NCBI RefSeq assembly: GCF_006345805.1
Contig: NC_042999.1
Span: 33,480,001 to 33,544,000 of the forward strand
Source: Octopus sinensis
Taxonomy: Eukaryota
Direction of reading: 5' to 3'
DNA: 64,000 nucleotides
Position 1 is the stretch's first letter. Every line of letters begins with the position of its first letter. The notes beneath the pieces were generated by a model, which was given only the letters and a program-made list of their open reading frames with translations, was not told the DNA's origin and ran no database searches. Below, piece after piece: positions 26,760 to 40,133 of the stretch. The translations under genes and the position numbers were made by a program.

Positions 26760-27490
26760 ATTATTATTATCATTACTTTTTTTTTCTTCTTTCAAATTTG
26801 CTTCCATTTCTTGCCGAGTGTCTTCCCGACTCCTAGGGCAAAGAAACTCATAGTATACATTTGTAGGCCATTAAACCAAACTCAATAGTTCGTTAATTTT
26901 TTTTTTTTTTAAGTTAAATTAAAATACATGAGCAGCAACAGTTCTCACATCGACAATGCTCTTCTCAATACGTGTGATGTACCAGTTAAGACAATCTTTT
27001 GCACTTCTTGCAGGGATGGTAAGCCAGGGATCATTCTCATATAATTTTCGGTTCCCTTCTTGATCATTCCTAGTGCTCCTACGATCACTGGTATTGTACC
27101 CGCCTTGAGATGCCACATTTTCTCAATTTCAATGAGTAGGTCTTTATATTTTCTGAGCTTGTCAAACTCTTTCGCTGAGATATTATGATCACAGGGGATG
27201 CTCATGTCGATCAATAAGCAAACTTTATTGTTTTGGTCTTTCACAACAATATCTGGTTTATTGGCCTTGATGGTTCGGTCTGTATGTACTGGTAAGTCCC
27301 ACAGAATGGTTACATTTTCTCCTTCAGTTACAGCCTCAGGGTGGTGATTATACCACTTGTCGGCAGTTTTGATATTGTAACGCCGACTTATTAGCCAGTG
27401 GAGATATTGGCCAACTCTGTCATGTCTTAATTTATACTCCACTGGTGCTAAGACTTTACATCCAGAGACTAGGCGGTCCACTGTTTCAAA
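26760..27490 (-). pseudogene. R4/Dong-like LINE fragment B (restriction-like endonuclease domain, 3' UTR, AAT tail), 5'-truncated
   Basis: ORF 26945..27481: RHDRVG, KPDIVV, IDMSIP, KLRKYKDL, PVIVGALG. Both ends lie in (TAA)n. Confidence 0.9.
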
Positions 27491-27535
<45 letters not shown>

Positions 27536-27609
27536 TATTATTATTATTATTATTGTTATTTTTATTATTGTTATTAGTATTATTATTATTATTATCATCA
27601 TCATTATTC

Positions 27610-27700
27610 TATGTTTGACTTTTGCTTTACATTTGTACAAGTTGGCTCCAACTCTCACCGAGAGACCTCACGAGACAAGTTGGAAGTTCATGTTGGTGTT
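27610..27700 (-). mobile_element. 3'-end stub, same family as 25806-25990
   Basis: TGTTTGACTTTTGCTTTACATTTGTACAAGTTGGCTCC..GAGACCTC, between two (ATT)n tracts. Confidence 0.55.
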
Positions 27701-27719
27701 ATTATTATTATTATTATTA

Positions 27720-27762
<43 letters not shown>

Positions 27763-27941
27763 TATTATTATTATTATTATTATTATTTATTATGATTATT
27801 ATTACTATTATTATTATTATTATTATTGTTGTTGTTGTTGTTATTATTATTATTAGTAGTAGTAGTAATAGTATTAGTATTACTATCGTCATCATCATCA
27901 TCATTACTTTTATTAGTATTGAGAAAGAAGTCATAAATATC

Positions 27942-28456
27942 ATTGAGTGAAACAGCAGCTCGTAGCATCAAAGTGGCACAAATATACCCATCATGACAAC
28001 CCGTTTAATAACAGTTCACGGCTCACATGCATCACAACTATATATGATTGACAAGCTGGCCCAATATCAAGATAATCAACACATGGCATTGCAAGTGTGG
28101 CCCATTTAGAATTTTCGTGAAGTATAAGAGCCTATACCGCTCAAAGTTTCCCTAAAATGGGCTAATACCTGTTGATCCAGATCTGACTTATCCAAATCCC
28201 AAAGAATTCCCTTCAATACATGGCCATGATGCTCTCCACTACACCTACTCGTGATCAGAGAGCACATAGTGTCAGCCACTAAGGAACGTGTTGTACTGGC
28301 TAGGTCAAGAAACTGACACGTAAATCTGTAGTACTGAACAGATATTTGCTGTAGTCAATATTTTGCACCAAGGCAAATGTACATGTTGACACTTCCAAGA
28401 AGTTAAGATCAGAAGCCTTGATTGCCACTACTTGGTCCTGCATCACAGCATTTATC
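27942..28456 (-). mobile_element. Non-coding (TAA)n-associated element X, copy 1
   Basis: Homologous to 37393-37862. Begins on + at ATTGAGTGA, close after ATT-rich sequence. Confidence 0.75.
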
Positions 28457-28591
28457 ATTATTGTTATTTGTTGTTGTTGTGTTGTTGTTGTTATTATTAT
28501 TATTAGTAGTAGTAGTAATAGTATTAGTATTACTATCGTCATCATCATCATCATTACTTTTATTAGTATTGAGAAAGAAGTCATAAATATC

Positions 28592-29106
28592 ATTGAGTGA
28601 AACAGCAGCTCGTAGCATCAAAGTGGCACAAATATACCCATCATGACAACCCGTTTAATAACAGTTCACGGCTCACATGCATCACAACTATATATGATTG
28701 ACAAGCTGGCCCAATATCAAGATAATCAACACATGGCATTGCAAGTGTGGCCCATTTAGAATTTTCGTGAAGTATAAGAGCCTATACCGCTCAAAGTTTC
28801 CCTAAAATGGGCTAATACCTGTTGATCCAGATCTGACTTATCCAAATCCCAAAGAATTCCCTTCAATACATGGCCATGATGCTCTCCACTACACCTACTC
28901 GTGATCAGAGAGCACATAGTGTCAGCCACTAAGGAACGTGTTGTACTGGCTAAGGTCAAGAAACTGACACGTAAATCTGTAGTACTGAACAGATATTTGC
29001 TGTAGTCAATATTTTGCACCAAGGCAAATGTACATGTTGACACTTCCAAGAAGTTAAGATCAGAAGCCTTGATTGCCACTACTTGGTCCTGCATCACAGC
29101 ATTTAT
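28592..29106 (-). mobile_element. Element X, copy 2 (part of a 650-bp tandem duplication)
   Basis: Near-identical to copy 1, offset 650-651 bp. Confidence 0.75.
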
Positions 29107-29144
29107 CATTATTGTTATTTGTTGTTGTTGTTGTTGTTGTTGTT

Positions 29145-29175
<31 letters not shown>

Positions 29176-29193
29176 TTATTATTATTATTATTA

Positions 29194-29238
<45 letters not shown>

Positions 29239-29242
29239 CATT

Positions 29243-29310
<68 letters not shown>

Positions 29311-29321
29311 CATCATTATCA

Positions 29322-29361
<40 letters not shown>

Positions 29362-29379
29362 TATTATTAATATTATTAT

Positions 29380-29442
<63 letters not shown>

Positions 29443-29456
29443 TATTATTATTATCA

Positions 29457-29501
<45 letters not shown>

Positions 29502-29509
29502 GCATTATT

Positions 29510-29568
<59 letters not shown>

Positions 29569-29644
29569 CATTATTATTATTATTGTTATTATTATTATCA
29601 TTATCATAATTATTACTATTATTATCATTATCATTATTATTATA

Positions 29645-29683
<39 letters not shown>

Positions 29684-29723
29684 ATTATAATTATTATCAT
29701 TATCATTATTCTTCTTCTTCTTC

Positions 29724-29761
<38 letters not shown>

Positions 29762-29790
29762 GAAGTTGTTGTTGATGTTCTTGTTATTTA
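29107..29790. repeat. ~680 bp compound (GTT)(TTC)(ATT/ATC)n microsatellite
   Basis: Direct reading. Confidence 0.95.
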
Positions 29791-29794
29791 CTTT

Positions 29795-30085
29795 TAATCT
29801 GCATATGTGTGTTACAATCAATTGCTGAGACACAGTCAGCGTTCTAGAGCGAGTGAAAGACAGATGTTACAGTAATGGCTGAAAGCTTGGAGAGAGGAAC
29901 TGGCAGGACAGTAGCGAAATATATTCAGGTAATACAACACAAAAATTTAAATTGATATGATTTTCTCACGATGTGGACAGTATTTGTCAGCTCAATCTTT
30001 GGGTTTCTCTGAGAATGCTTTGCCTGAAATGTTGTCGAGATTTATCTGACATCGCTTTTTTATCATACCCAGGGAACCTATAATA
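29795..30085 (-). pseudogene. R4/Dong-like LINE fragment C (extreme 3' end), degenerate
   Basis: VIIGSLGMIKKRCQINLDNISG resembles IIVGALGMIKKYSDKYI of the main copy. Flanked by (ATT)n on both sides. Confidence 0.7.
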
Positions 30086-30107
30086 ACGTCTTTTATTATT
30101 ATTATTA

Positions 30108-30172
<65 letters not shown>

Positions 30173-30174
30173 TT

Positions 30175-30224
<50 letters not shown>

Positions 30225-32404
30225 TAATTATTATTATTAATATTATTATTATCATTCTCGTTCACCTCCGCTAGCATTATTATATTAGTGAATCATTCCG
30301 TGTGGCCTTCTAGAATTATTTACTGTGGTATTGACCTCAGATTCGGCTTGTAAATTGAGGAAAGAATTTTATATTTGCCTTTTTCTTTTTATTTCCCTTA
30401 TGACTATTTTTTAAAACTCTACTGCTTCTATATTAGCTAGTTCACCTACTTTGCTCTCCACATAAACACATCTTTTATCCATGGACTTAATATTAATTTA
30501 ATATATTAATGTAGCTGCGAATAGCCAGAATACTTTTTTACTGTCCAGTCGTAATCAATGTTGATCAATTTATGTAGCCGATTTAAATATTTCTTTATAC
30601 ACGTATTTTAAACAATACCGAAGTTAACTTTATCTCAAATCATTTGTGCTTTAATTTGATAATGTACCGGTCAAGTCTGGTTGACCTGCTCTATGTTTAC
30701 TGTTATATGCCAAAATCGTTTTCAGATCTCTTGGCAGATATATATCGAAACAAGAAGCAGAACGAAAAACTTCAAGTTAGGTGAATGTAGGAGAAATGCA
30801 GACGCTGAAATAATCGCAAAAAGTGAGATCATACTGCGAATGTTTGTTCCGCGACATTATTAAACGAAGTTTTTTTTTTTAATGTCCAAGATGTTAGACA
30901 AGACGTTCGCAATTGTTCTTCATTCTGACAGGCAAACTTGAGCCGTGTTAAAAGTCAATAATGAATGGATTGGTATGAAATCTGCCATGATTAGGATTGT
31001 AAACAATTAAAATCAAAGAAGAGCATCGCTATGATTAATCATGTTTTATGGCAGCTGTCCGACTTTCACCATAGGATCTCCATAGTGTGCAGTGATATCA
31101 GTGCAGTGATATCAGCGCAGCGTTCAAGCGGTATGACAACGATACAAACCCTTAACTATCACACTCTCGGTTCGTAAAGATTGTTCTTTAAAAACTCTTC
31201 TGTAGGCACTGTGTCTCGAGCCACTACTGCGGAAGCTAGATACTTTTAATGCCTTCCTCTCAAATAAGGGTGCGGAAATTTAATGCTGGCACAAACGGAC
31301 GATATATCCATCACAATGCCAATACCAGGAGCATCAAGGTGATCTGTACTGCTCAAATGAAATATAAGTCAATAAAATTACAAAACGAATCAAGAAATTT
31401 GAGTGGGCGTGTAACACAGAAAACGCAGAGACAGATCCATGCCGTCCTATGGCATCGTTGAATGTTGGATGACGAACCATTTTTATTCTTTCCAATCGTT
31501 TTTGGCCCATAGAAGAGGAATACTAGGGAATGAAAAGAAATGGTCCGTCAGTAAGCTAACATTGAGGGGGTTGTAATTATGTATCAGAAAATACAGAGAC
31601 AGGTCATTTTACATACGAAATCTCGTCGAGCACTTATATTACTCTACCCGTCGGGCATTCTGGTTGTCACTGTAGTTTCCACATTGTTATTTTGTACTAT
31701 ATTTATGAAGGGAAAACCGACAGCTTTCTCGAGAAACGCTGCATATCGACGGAAATCCTTTACGTGGTCTCTTCTGAGAACTTCTGTCTTTTGTACCATG
31801 GATAATTTCCAGAAATATATAACTTGACCAGCAAGGGTGATTATTGCCCGTTCGAAAGTAAGTCCAAGATACGCGTAGTGCAACAAAGGTTTTGCCAGGT
31901 ACTTGTTCAATACTTGAGCCTTCTTGATTTGATGATTTTATTGAACTCATGGCACCAGGTCAACGATCATCAGTTAGGTGCATTGTGAAGATCGACTCTT
32001 TAGCTTCGTTACTGCTTTCTTATGACTTTGGCAAAAAAATTTTGTGTGGTGGACGAGAATGAAAGTTCTACTTCCACTTTGCGGGAAAGCTGAGAAACAT
32101 TTTCATGATTAACAAGAAAAGGGGTTCTCAGGGATTTCCAACAGTAGTGCTCGGATTAACCCCCAATTTAGAAGAAATATTCCTTGTTTGAAGTTTTTTA
32201 AACCCTTATTCGACACTTTAGTTTATATCACACGATTTATATGATTCCACAATGCATCGTGCTGTACTGTCCCCAATACATTTGTTAAACAATAATTGTT
32301 ATAGAAACATTTTGCATTGTTAGTAATATTATTGATTTGTGTTCTCATTTCTTGTGAATAATATTATTTTTTACAATATTTTTTTATCATTATTACTATT
32401 TGTT

Positions 32405-32720
32405 ATTGAGTGAGAGAGCAGTACATGCTATCAAAGTGACACTGGGGTAAAATATACGAAGCCCAGTATGCCCATCACGAATACCCGTCTGATAAGAGTA
32501 CACTAGGCACATGCATCACAACCATATGTGCGCGACATGGTGATCTCATATCAAGATAAACAGGACATGACCTTGCAGGTGGGGCCCAGTTAGAATTTTC
32601 TTCTGGTTGAGGAACCCATCTCGCTCAAAAGGTCCATGAATAAGGGTTGGTTAATGATGTTGAACGAAACATCCATGTTTCCATAGGTTATTTATTCAAA
32701 CCCCAAAGAATCCCTCTATA
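32405..32720 (-). mobile_element. Element X, copy 3 (partial)
   Basis: ATTGAGTGAGAGAGCAGTACATGC..CCCCAAAGAATCCCTCT matches 37393-37700. Confidence 0.85.
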
Positions 32721-32760
32721 TTATTATTATTGTTATTGTTATTATTATTATTATTATTAA

Positions 32761-32799
<39 letters not shown>

Positions 32800-32905
32800 C
32801 ATTATTATTATTATTATTGTTATTATTATTATTATTGTTATTATTATTATTATTATTATTAATATTATTATTACTATTATTATTATTAATTATTAATTAT
32901 TAATA

Positions 32906-33010
32906 ATTGAGTGACACGAAGCACAATATACCCATCATGACAACTCGTCTGATAAGTGTACACAGGGGAAAAGGCATCTCAAACATACATGTGCAACATG
33001 GTGATCTCAC
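32906..33010 (-). mobile_element. Element X, copy 4 (3'-terminal ~100 bp)
   Basis: ATTGAGTGACAC..ATACCCATCATGAC..GGTGATCTC. Confidence 0.7.
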
Positions 33011-33200
33011 GTATATATTTTCTCAAGTAATTTGTTTTTACCGTTTGATCTTGGGCTGCAACAATTAGGCTATCTGTTTTTTCTCTAATAACTCCCTTTT
33101 TAACCAAGCCTGATCCACATACGTCTTCATTGGCTCTCCAAAATCGTGCAGAGGTTACACTTCGATCTGTCTGACGTGCTCTCTTTGCATCTCGTTCTTG
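33011..33200 (-). pseudogene. R4/Dong-like LINE fragment D
   Basis: Minus frame DQAWLKRGVIREKTDSLIVAAQDQTVKTNYLRKYI resembles QQWLRSSGLKAETEELLIAAQDQSLPTRNYQKHV. Confidence 0.75.
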
Positions 33201-33203
33201 TCA

Positions 33204-33269
<66 letters not shown>

Positions 33270-33273
<4 letters not shown>

Positions 33274-36200
33274 TAGTTTTATTTTTATTTTTATAGCGTG
33301 CTTTCACTTCACTACCGAGCGCAGCTCTGTGTGCCTTGTGTATGTGCTGTGATTTGTTGTGATGCTCTGATGGTTATTGTATGGAAAGTGTTCTGCGCAG
33401 GATGTGTGCAGTGCCTAGTAGTGCAATTTTCTGTATGTTATATGTGTTTGTAAGTCTTGGTGTTTTTGTTATGTATTTGTCTGAATATTTTTTTATCATG
33501 CCTAATGCACCTACTATGATAGGAATTGTTTCTGTTTTCAGGTTCCACATTCTAGTTACCTCTATTTCCAGGTCTTTGTATTTTGAGAGTTTCTCCATTT
33601 CTTTTAGAGACACGTTGCCATCTGCCGGTACTGATACATCAATTTGAAAGCATTTTTTTCCTTCATGGTCTCTGACAACTATATCTGGTCTGTTGGCCTT
33701 AATTTCTCTATCTGTGTGTATCGGCATATCCCAGAGTATGGTTGCTTTCTCGTTTTCTGTGACCTTTTCTGGTGTGTGCCTATACCATCTTTTTTCTGTT
33801 GTTATTCCATAATGTTGGCATAGCTTCCAATGTATGTAAGTTCCAACTCTGTCGTGTCTGTGAATATATTCCTTCTTAGCCAGGACTGGGCAGCTAGAGA
33901 TAATATGATTTATTGTTTCTTGTCCATCTCCACATATTCTGCAGTTACTTGTAATATTTCTTTTCATTACATGTTTTTGGTAATTTCTGGTGGGGAGGCT
34001 TTGGTCTTGTGCTGCAATTAATAATTCCTCTGTCTCTGCTTTGAGTCCTGAGCTTCTCAACCATTGCTGGGATTTTTCTTTGTCTATTTCTTTTGCGTTT
34101 AGTTTAGTCCAGTATTTACCATGAAGGGGCTTTTCTTGCTATCGTTTTATCATTGTTCGTTTCTGTTCTATTTTTAGTTTGGATTTCATTTTTTTATAGC
34201 TTTTGTTGTTTCTTCATCTTCTTCTTCTTCTTCATGTTTATTAGGTGGTATGATTTCTTGTTTGTATTTGTCAGCTTCCTTAAATACTGAGAACAGTTTT
34301 TTGTTTTGCTCGTGTTTTGCCGCTATCTGGATCAGTTTTCCTTCCTTCTGAAGTAGATATTTTTGCAGTCCTATGGTGGTTATTTTATAGTAGTTTTCCA
34401 GCTGTATAAGGCCTCTACCACCTTCTATACGTTGTATATATAGTCTTTCTATGTCAGATTTTGGGTGATGCATCCTAGATCCTGTCATTATTTTTCTTGT
34501 TTTCCTGTCTATTTTGGTCAGTTCATTTCGTGTCCAGTTAAGGATATTGTAGCTGTAACTTATAACTGGGACAGCTAAAGTGTTGATACCTATTATCTTG
34601 TTTTTAGCATTGAGCTCTGTGTTTAGTATTGATCTAACTCGTCTATAATATTCTGTTTTTATTTTCTCTTTCATTTGTGTGTGTTGTGTCTTATCTAGTT
34701 CATGGATTCCTAAGTATTTGTAAGTTTGGCTTTGGTCTAATTCTTTTATTTCATTTACTTCATCTAGTGTGATGCTGTTACTCTTAACTAGTTTTCCTCT
34801 TTTCATGGTTACTTTGGCGCATTTTTCTAATCCAAATTTCATATCTATTTCTTTGGTAAATCCATGAATTGTCTTTAATAGTGTTTCCAGCTGTTTGTCA
34901 TTTGCAGCGTATAGTTTTAGGTCATCCATATATAAAATGTGGCTGGTCGTTTTGCCGTAACATTTATATCCGCATCCAGTTCTATTTAGCATATCAGATA
35001 GAGGTGACAGTGCCAAGCAGAAAAGGAGTGGAGAGAGCGTATCTCCCTGGAATATTCCTCTTCTAATGGGGATGTATTTGGTTTTCATGAGTCCCTCTTT
35101 TGTTTGGAGGTGTAGGACTGTTTGCCATTTATTCATAGAGTGCTCTATGAATTTTATGATTGTTGGTGCTACTTTGTTAATGGCTAGTGTTTCGAGGATC
35201 CATGTGTGGGGGATGCTATCAAACGCCTTTTTGTAGTCAATCCAGGCCATACTGAGGCCTTTCTTCTTTCTGTGGCTGTCTTCAGTTATGGCTTTATTAA
35301 TCATTAGTTGATCTTTACAGCCATATGAGCCTTTGCGGCATCCTTTCTGCTCTTCTGGGAACAGTTTGTTTTCGTCCAGGTGCTTGTTCAGCCTTTGTGA
35401 TATCACTGCAGTAAATGCCTTGAACATAGTAGGGAGGCAGGTTATTGGTCTGTAGTTTTCTGTTTCATTTGATTTGGGAATTAAGATGGTTTTCCCCTTC
35501 GTGAGCCATTCAGGCATTGTCTCTGGCTCTGCTAGTACGTTGTTAAAGTTTTCAGCCAGCTTTTTGTGCATTCCTGTTAGATATTTCAACCAGAAGTTGG
35601 GGATCTTGTCATGCCCAGGTGCCTTCCAGTTGCTTAGTCTTTGCAGTGCCTGGGTGACCTCTTCAGTTGTTATGGGGGTCCAAGTTGTTCAGATGCCGAG
35701 TTTGTTATTTTGATACTCCTTTTTTTGGTGGTTCGTTCGCCGACCATATTTCTCCCCAGAATTCTTCCAATTCTTCTGCCGTTGGTGCTGCAGTGACTTC
35801 TATTTTATTTTTGCCCAGTTCTTGGTAGAACTTTTTGGGGTCGGAGTTGAACTTTTTGTTCTGTTCAAAGAAGCGTTGGCGTTTCTCGTACCGGCGGATC
35901 CTTTGAACTTTGGCAAGGATATCTTGCTTCAGCTTTTCTTTTATTTTCTGTGGTGTTATATTTGCGGAGCATTTTTGTTCTCTTTTTGTTGCACAGTAGC
36001 GTTGCTTGTTTGCTGATTTCATTAAGAATCGACAGGTCTTTTCTAATTTTTTTTATTTTGTCTTGGATGTTATTTATCCACAGGGTTTGTTTGGGTGGTG
36101 GTACTCCTGTTTGGGCGGGTTTGGGTGAGTATCCAGCTTCTTTTGTGGCTGCAGTGGCTGCTGCGTATAACAAGTCATTTAGTTCAGTGATATCACTTTT

Positions 36201-37200
36201 TTTTGTTTCAGTGACGGCTAGGTTTATGTTGTTTATAATTGGTGTTGTTATTGCGTTTATTTTTATTCTTGGGAGGTATGGTCGGTGGTCCATTTTGAGC
36301 TCTGTGGTTTTTAGTTCTTTGATTATTTTATTTTTTATATTATCATAATCATTAGGCTCCCCTTCGTTGTTTACATCGTGTTTGTTGGGAATGTTGCGTT
36401 TGTCTTCGTGTTTTACAGTTTCAGTGTTTATATTATTGGGCATTGTTGTGTGGCTTCTATCTACATTTTCCTGGTGTATGTTTTCTTTTAGGTGTTCTAT
36501 TTCTATTTCTGATATTTTTTTTTGTTGAGAATGTATCTTCGTACGTTATCTAATTTATTAGGGTTCATTGCTGTATCCAAGTCTAAATCTCTATTATTTT
36601 CCTTCCATATTTTATATGTATGTGTTGTTGTATTTTCATTCTTTGGGTAGAGTACTGCTGTGAAGTATGCGTGTAAGATAGAAATGTATTCCTCACGTGT
36701 CCATTTACGTCTTTTGGGTTTTATTTGCGGGACATGAGGTACCACGTCCGGCCCATTATTTTGACGGTCGTCATTTTCGTAGGGTACCGGTCCGTTTATT
36801 TCTGTTGTCACATTATTTCGCACGTGTAGTTTTTCGTACATTTTTTGTTGTAGGTTTAATGTACGTACCGCTCGATTGTTATTCTTGGGTTGAATAGTAT
36901 CGGTGGCATTTCATTTCTTCGTAGTTCCTTTGTACATGGTGTTTGGGGTCGGAGATGATCGTGATGTTTCACGCATGTTTACATGTGTTGCGTTAGAGGT
37001 GGAGATGATATCGAGTCAAAATACATCATTTCGTTTCGAAAATAGTAATAAATTTCAATTTGTATTACTTACTCGGATACAGCCCAATTCTTTGTTAGTA
37101 AAACTTTGGCTCCATAGGATGTCCTTGTTTTCGATGTTTGTGGATAGGTTTCGGAGCTCTGAATTTTCCTTCTTACATCTTAAAAGTCCCCCGGTGTTCT
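33270..37200 (-). mobile_element. Near full-length R4-clade (Dong/Rex6-like) non-LTR retrotransposon, inactivated by frameshifts and stops
   Basis: N-terminal KRRKWTREE; RT (ORF 34186..35589) with EEQKGCRKG, DYKKAFDS, FQGDTLSP, YMDDLKL; CCHC CRICGDGQETINHIISSC; restriction-like endonuclease RHD..PDIVV..IDVS..KYKDL (ORF 33374..34060); (AAT)n tail. No APE domain. Confidence 0.93.
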
Positions 37201-37215
37201 CTTTTTCTTCTTCTT

Positions 37216-37246
<31 letters not shown>

Positions 37247-37265
37247 TTATTATATTATATTATTA

Positions 37266-37308
<43 letters not shown>

Positions 37309-37326
37309 TTATTATTATTATTATTA

Positions 37327-37371
<45 letters not shown>

Positions 37372-37392
37372 CATTATATTATTATTATTATT

Positions 37393-37862
37393 ATTGAGTG
37401 AGAGAGCAGTGCATGCCATCAAAGTGACACTGGGGTAAAATATACGAAGCCCAATATACCCATCATGACTACCCGTCTGATAAAGGTACACAGGCACATG
37501 CATCACAACCATATGTGCGCGACATGGTGATCTCATATCAAGATAAACAGCACATGACCTTGCAGGTGGGTCCCAGTTAGAATTTTCTTCAGGTTGAGTA
37601 GCCCATCCGCTCAAAAGGTCCCTGAATAAGGGTTGTTTAAGGATGTTGAAAGAACCACCCATGTTTCCAGAGGTGAATTATTCAAACCCCAAAGAATCCC
37701 TCTCAACACATGGCTATGATGCTCCCCCACTACTTCTGCTCGTGATCAGAGATGCACATATCGTCAGCCACTAAGGGACATGCTCGACTGGTTAAGGTCA
37801 AACAACTGACAAGCAAATCTGTGGTATTGAGCAGAATATTTGCTGTAGCCCATCTTTTATAC
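37393..37862 (-). mobile_element. Element X, copy 5 (best preserved)
   Basis: Flanked by (ATT)n on both sides. No meaningful ORF. Confidence 0.85.
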
Positions 37863-37868
37863 TTATTA

Positions 37869-37919
<51 letters not shown>

Positions 37920-38000
37920 CATTATTATTATTATTATTATCATTATTATTATATTATTATTATTATTATTATTATATTATTATTTTATTATTATTATTAT

Positions 38001-38039
<39 letters not shown>

Positions 38040-38173
38040 TATGATGATGATGATGATGATGATAATAATAATGATAATAATAATAAAATATTATTATTAT
38101 TATTATTAATTTTATTTTATAATAATAATAATAATGATAATAATAATAATAATCACTATTATTATTATTATTT

Positions 38174-38350
38174 GTTGGCAGAATCGTTATAACCTTGGAC
38201 AAAATGCTTAGTGGTATTTCGTCCGTCTTTACGTTCTGAGATCTAATCTTGCCGAAGTCGACTTTACCTACCATCCTCCCGGTGTCGATAATATAGGTAC
38301 CAGTTGAATACTAGGGTCGATTTAATTGAATTATGCCCCCACCACAAAAT
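38174..38350 (+). mobile_element. SINE family 2, degenerate
   Basis: TTGGCAGAATCGTTA..AAATGCTTAGTGGTATTTCGTCCGTCTTTACGTTCTGAG..GTCGACTTT. Confidence 0.75.
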
Positions 38351-38439
38351 GCAATCTTGCTGGACTTTTAGGAAATCACGAAACCATTATAATTCTAGTT
38401 GTTTTTTTTTCTTGTTTGGTTGTTGTTTCTTGAAAACTG

Positions 38440-40040
38440 AGCTTCCTGAAGAAAAAAGCGTATCGTTTCGAGCAATGATGGATTTTGTAGATGTTCTATC
38501 TTTACATTTGTTCTAATATTTTGGGGATGCGTTGGAAGTTGAGTCGGATACATCCTAGCGGGCCAAATATCACTGGTATCGTGCCCACTCACTTCATTAC
38601 CTACAATCTACGTATTTCCCACTTCAATTCATCAATAGTTCTTGATTTTCTTTCCTTCCTGTTGGATCCTGTAGTCACAAGGACATGCTATGTCAATCAT
38701 CAGACATATCTTTCTTTTCTGCTCATCACAATGATGTCGGGCTTCTGATGTCTAATCACTTACGCTCAACCATAGCACAAAAAAGTATTTTGTAATTCAC
38801 ATTCCAAGTAACTCCTTCCGGGATTTAGTCATACCACGTCTTTGGTCTTTCTTGGCCATCATTTCCTCAGAGCTTCATTTTTGCCACATTGTCACGTTAC
38901 ATTTTGTATTCACGTTGTGCCAATTTCGGACATTTACTGACAAATCTGACACACTGTTTCAACCCTCTCCTCATACATTCTGCATTTATCGCTCTTAGTT
39001 GGCTTTATCAATTTTGCACATCCTCAATGCCTGTTCTTGTTCCACGCGTAGACGTGCTTCTGTTTCTATGTTCAGGCCACTACTCCATAACCATAGCTCG
39101 CAGCCTTCTGTATCGGTCTTTGTATCTCTTGTATCTAATTGTATCTCTTGCAAATCGCCCTGTCACTTCTGCTGTCCATTCCGTTTCCTTTTTTTGTGCT
39201 CTTTTTCTTTTTTTATATTTCTCTTTCTTAATATATCGTCAGTTTTGATGATGCCGGATTTCATATACATGAATAATGGTTACACAACAACATTTTTTAC
39301 AAGTTACCCTTAACATTTTCCCTCTTAATCAACTGATGAAACTGCTCTTAACAAGTAGAAAGGATCTGGGTCACTCTTCAGATGGTATGCAAAGTGAAAT
39401 GTATGCAAAGCGAAGTAATGATGTCACCCATGTATTTATTGCTTGGATGTTATTCTATCCACTGAATTTTAAGCGCAACATCGTTCGAAATCTTCGGAAA
39501 TACTCTTTCCTCAGCCGTTCTTACATTTCTTTCACCACGATTTCATTGCCTTGCTTTTAACTTTGTTTCATCATTTCCTTATTTCGTGATTTTATTCCTA
39601 CCAAGGACTGTATCTTGCCTTTATCAGACTCATTATACAACACCTCTTGAGTCCGAATTCCATATTTACATCAGTACTAAGACAGTGGACCGTGTTCTTG
39701 AAGGCGCTCATTTGTATCTCATCCTAACCACACAGGTTCAACGAGATGGTTGACTTTTTGAATTTTTCCATAGAACTGATATCCTAGGTACATTTTTCTC
39801 TGCAGCAAGCCCAGATGGAACATGTTAAATACAAAAAGCACCAGAGTTACTTCAAGCATCTCCTTGAAAAAAAAATCTCTCTCTTGATGCCGTGTGTTCC
39901 CAGGCTTTATTCATACGATGTCAAATCAGTTTTTCAGCGTAGCATATTGCTTTTCAGAAAACATCTTATAATCCCGGCATTTCCAAACAACATATCTAAG
40001 CACTCTATCATCTATGAATCTATATCACTGATTGCTTAGA
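38440..40040 (-). pseudogene. Old, divergent R4/Dong-like LINE fragment F (RT to endonuclease)
   Basis: Frameshifted motifs: FQGD, GYQFYGKIQKVNHL, MEFGLKRC, LRKEYFRRFRTML..AINTWVTSLL, KPDIIV, IDIACPCD, TIPVIFGPLG. Confidence 0.8.
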
Positions 40041-40050
40041 TATGTTATAA

Positions 40051-40133
<83 letters not shown>

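Noticed and set aside
26075-27490. Idea that LINE fragments A and B are one permuted element
   Set aside because: Both contain the ET(I/V)D..LAP segment in divergent versions, so they are two separate copies.
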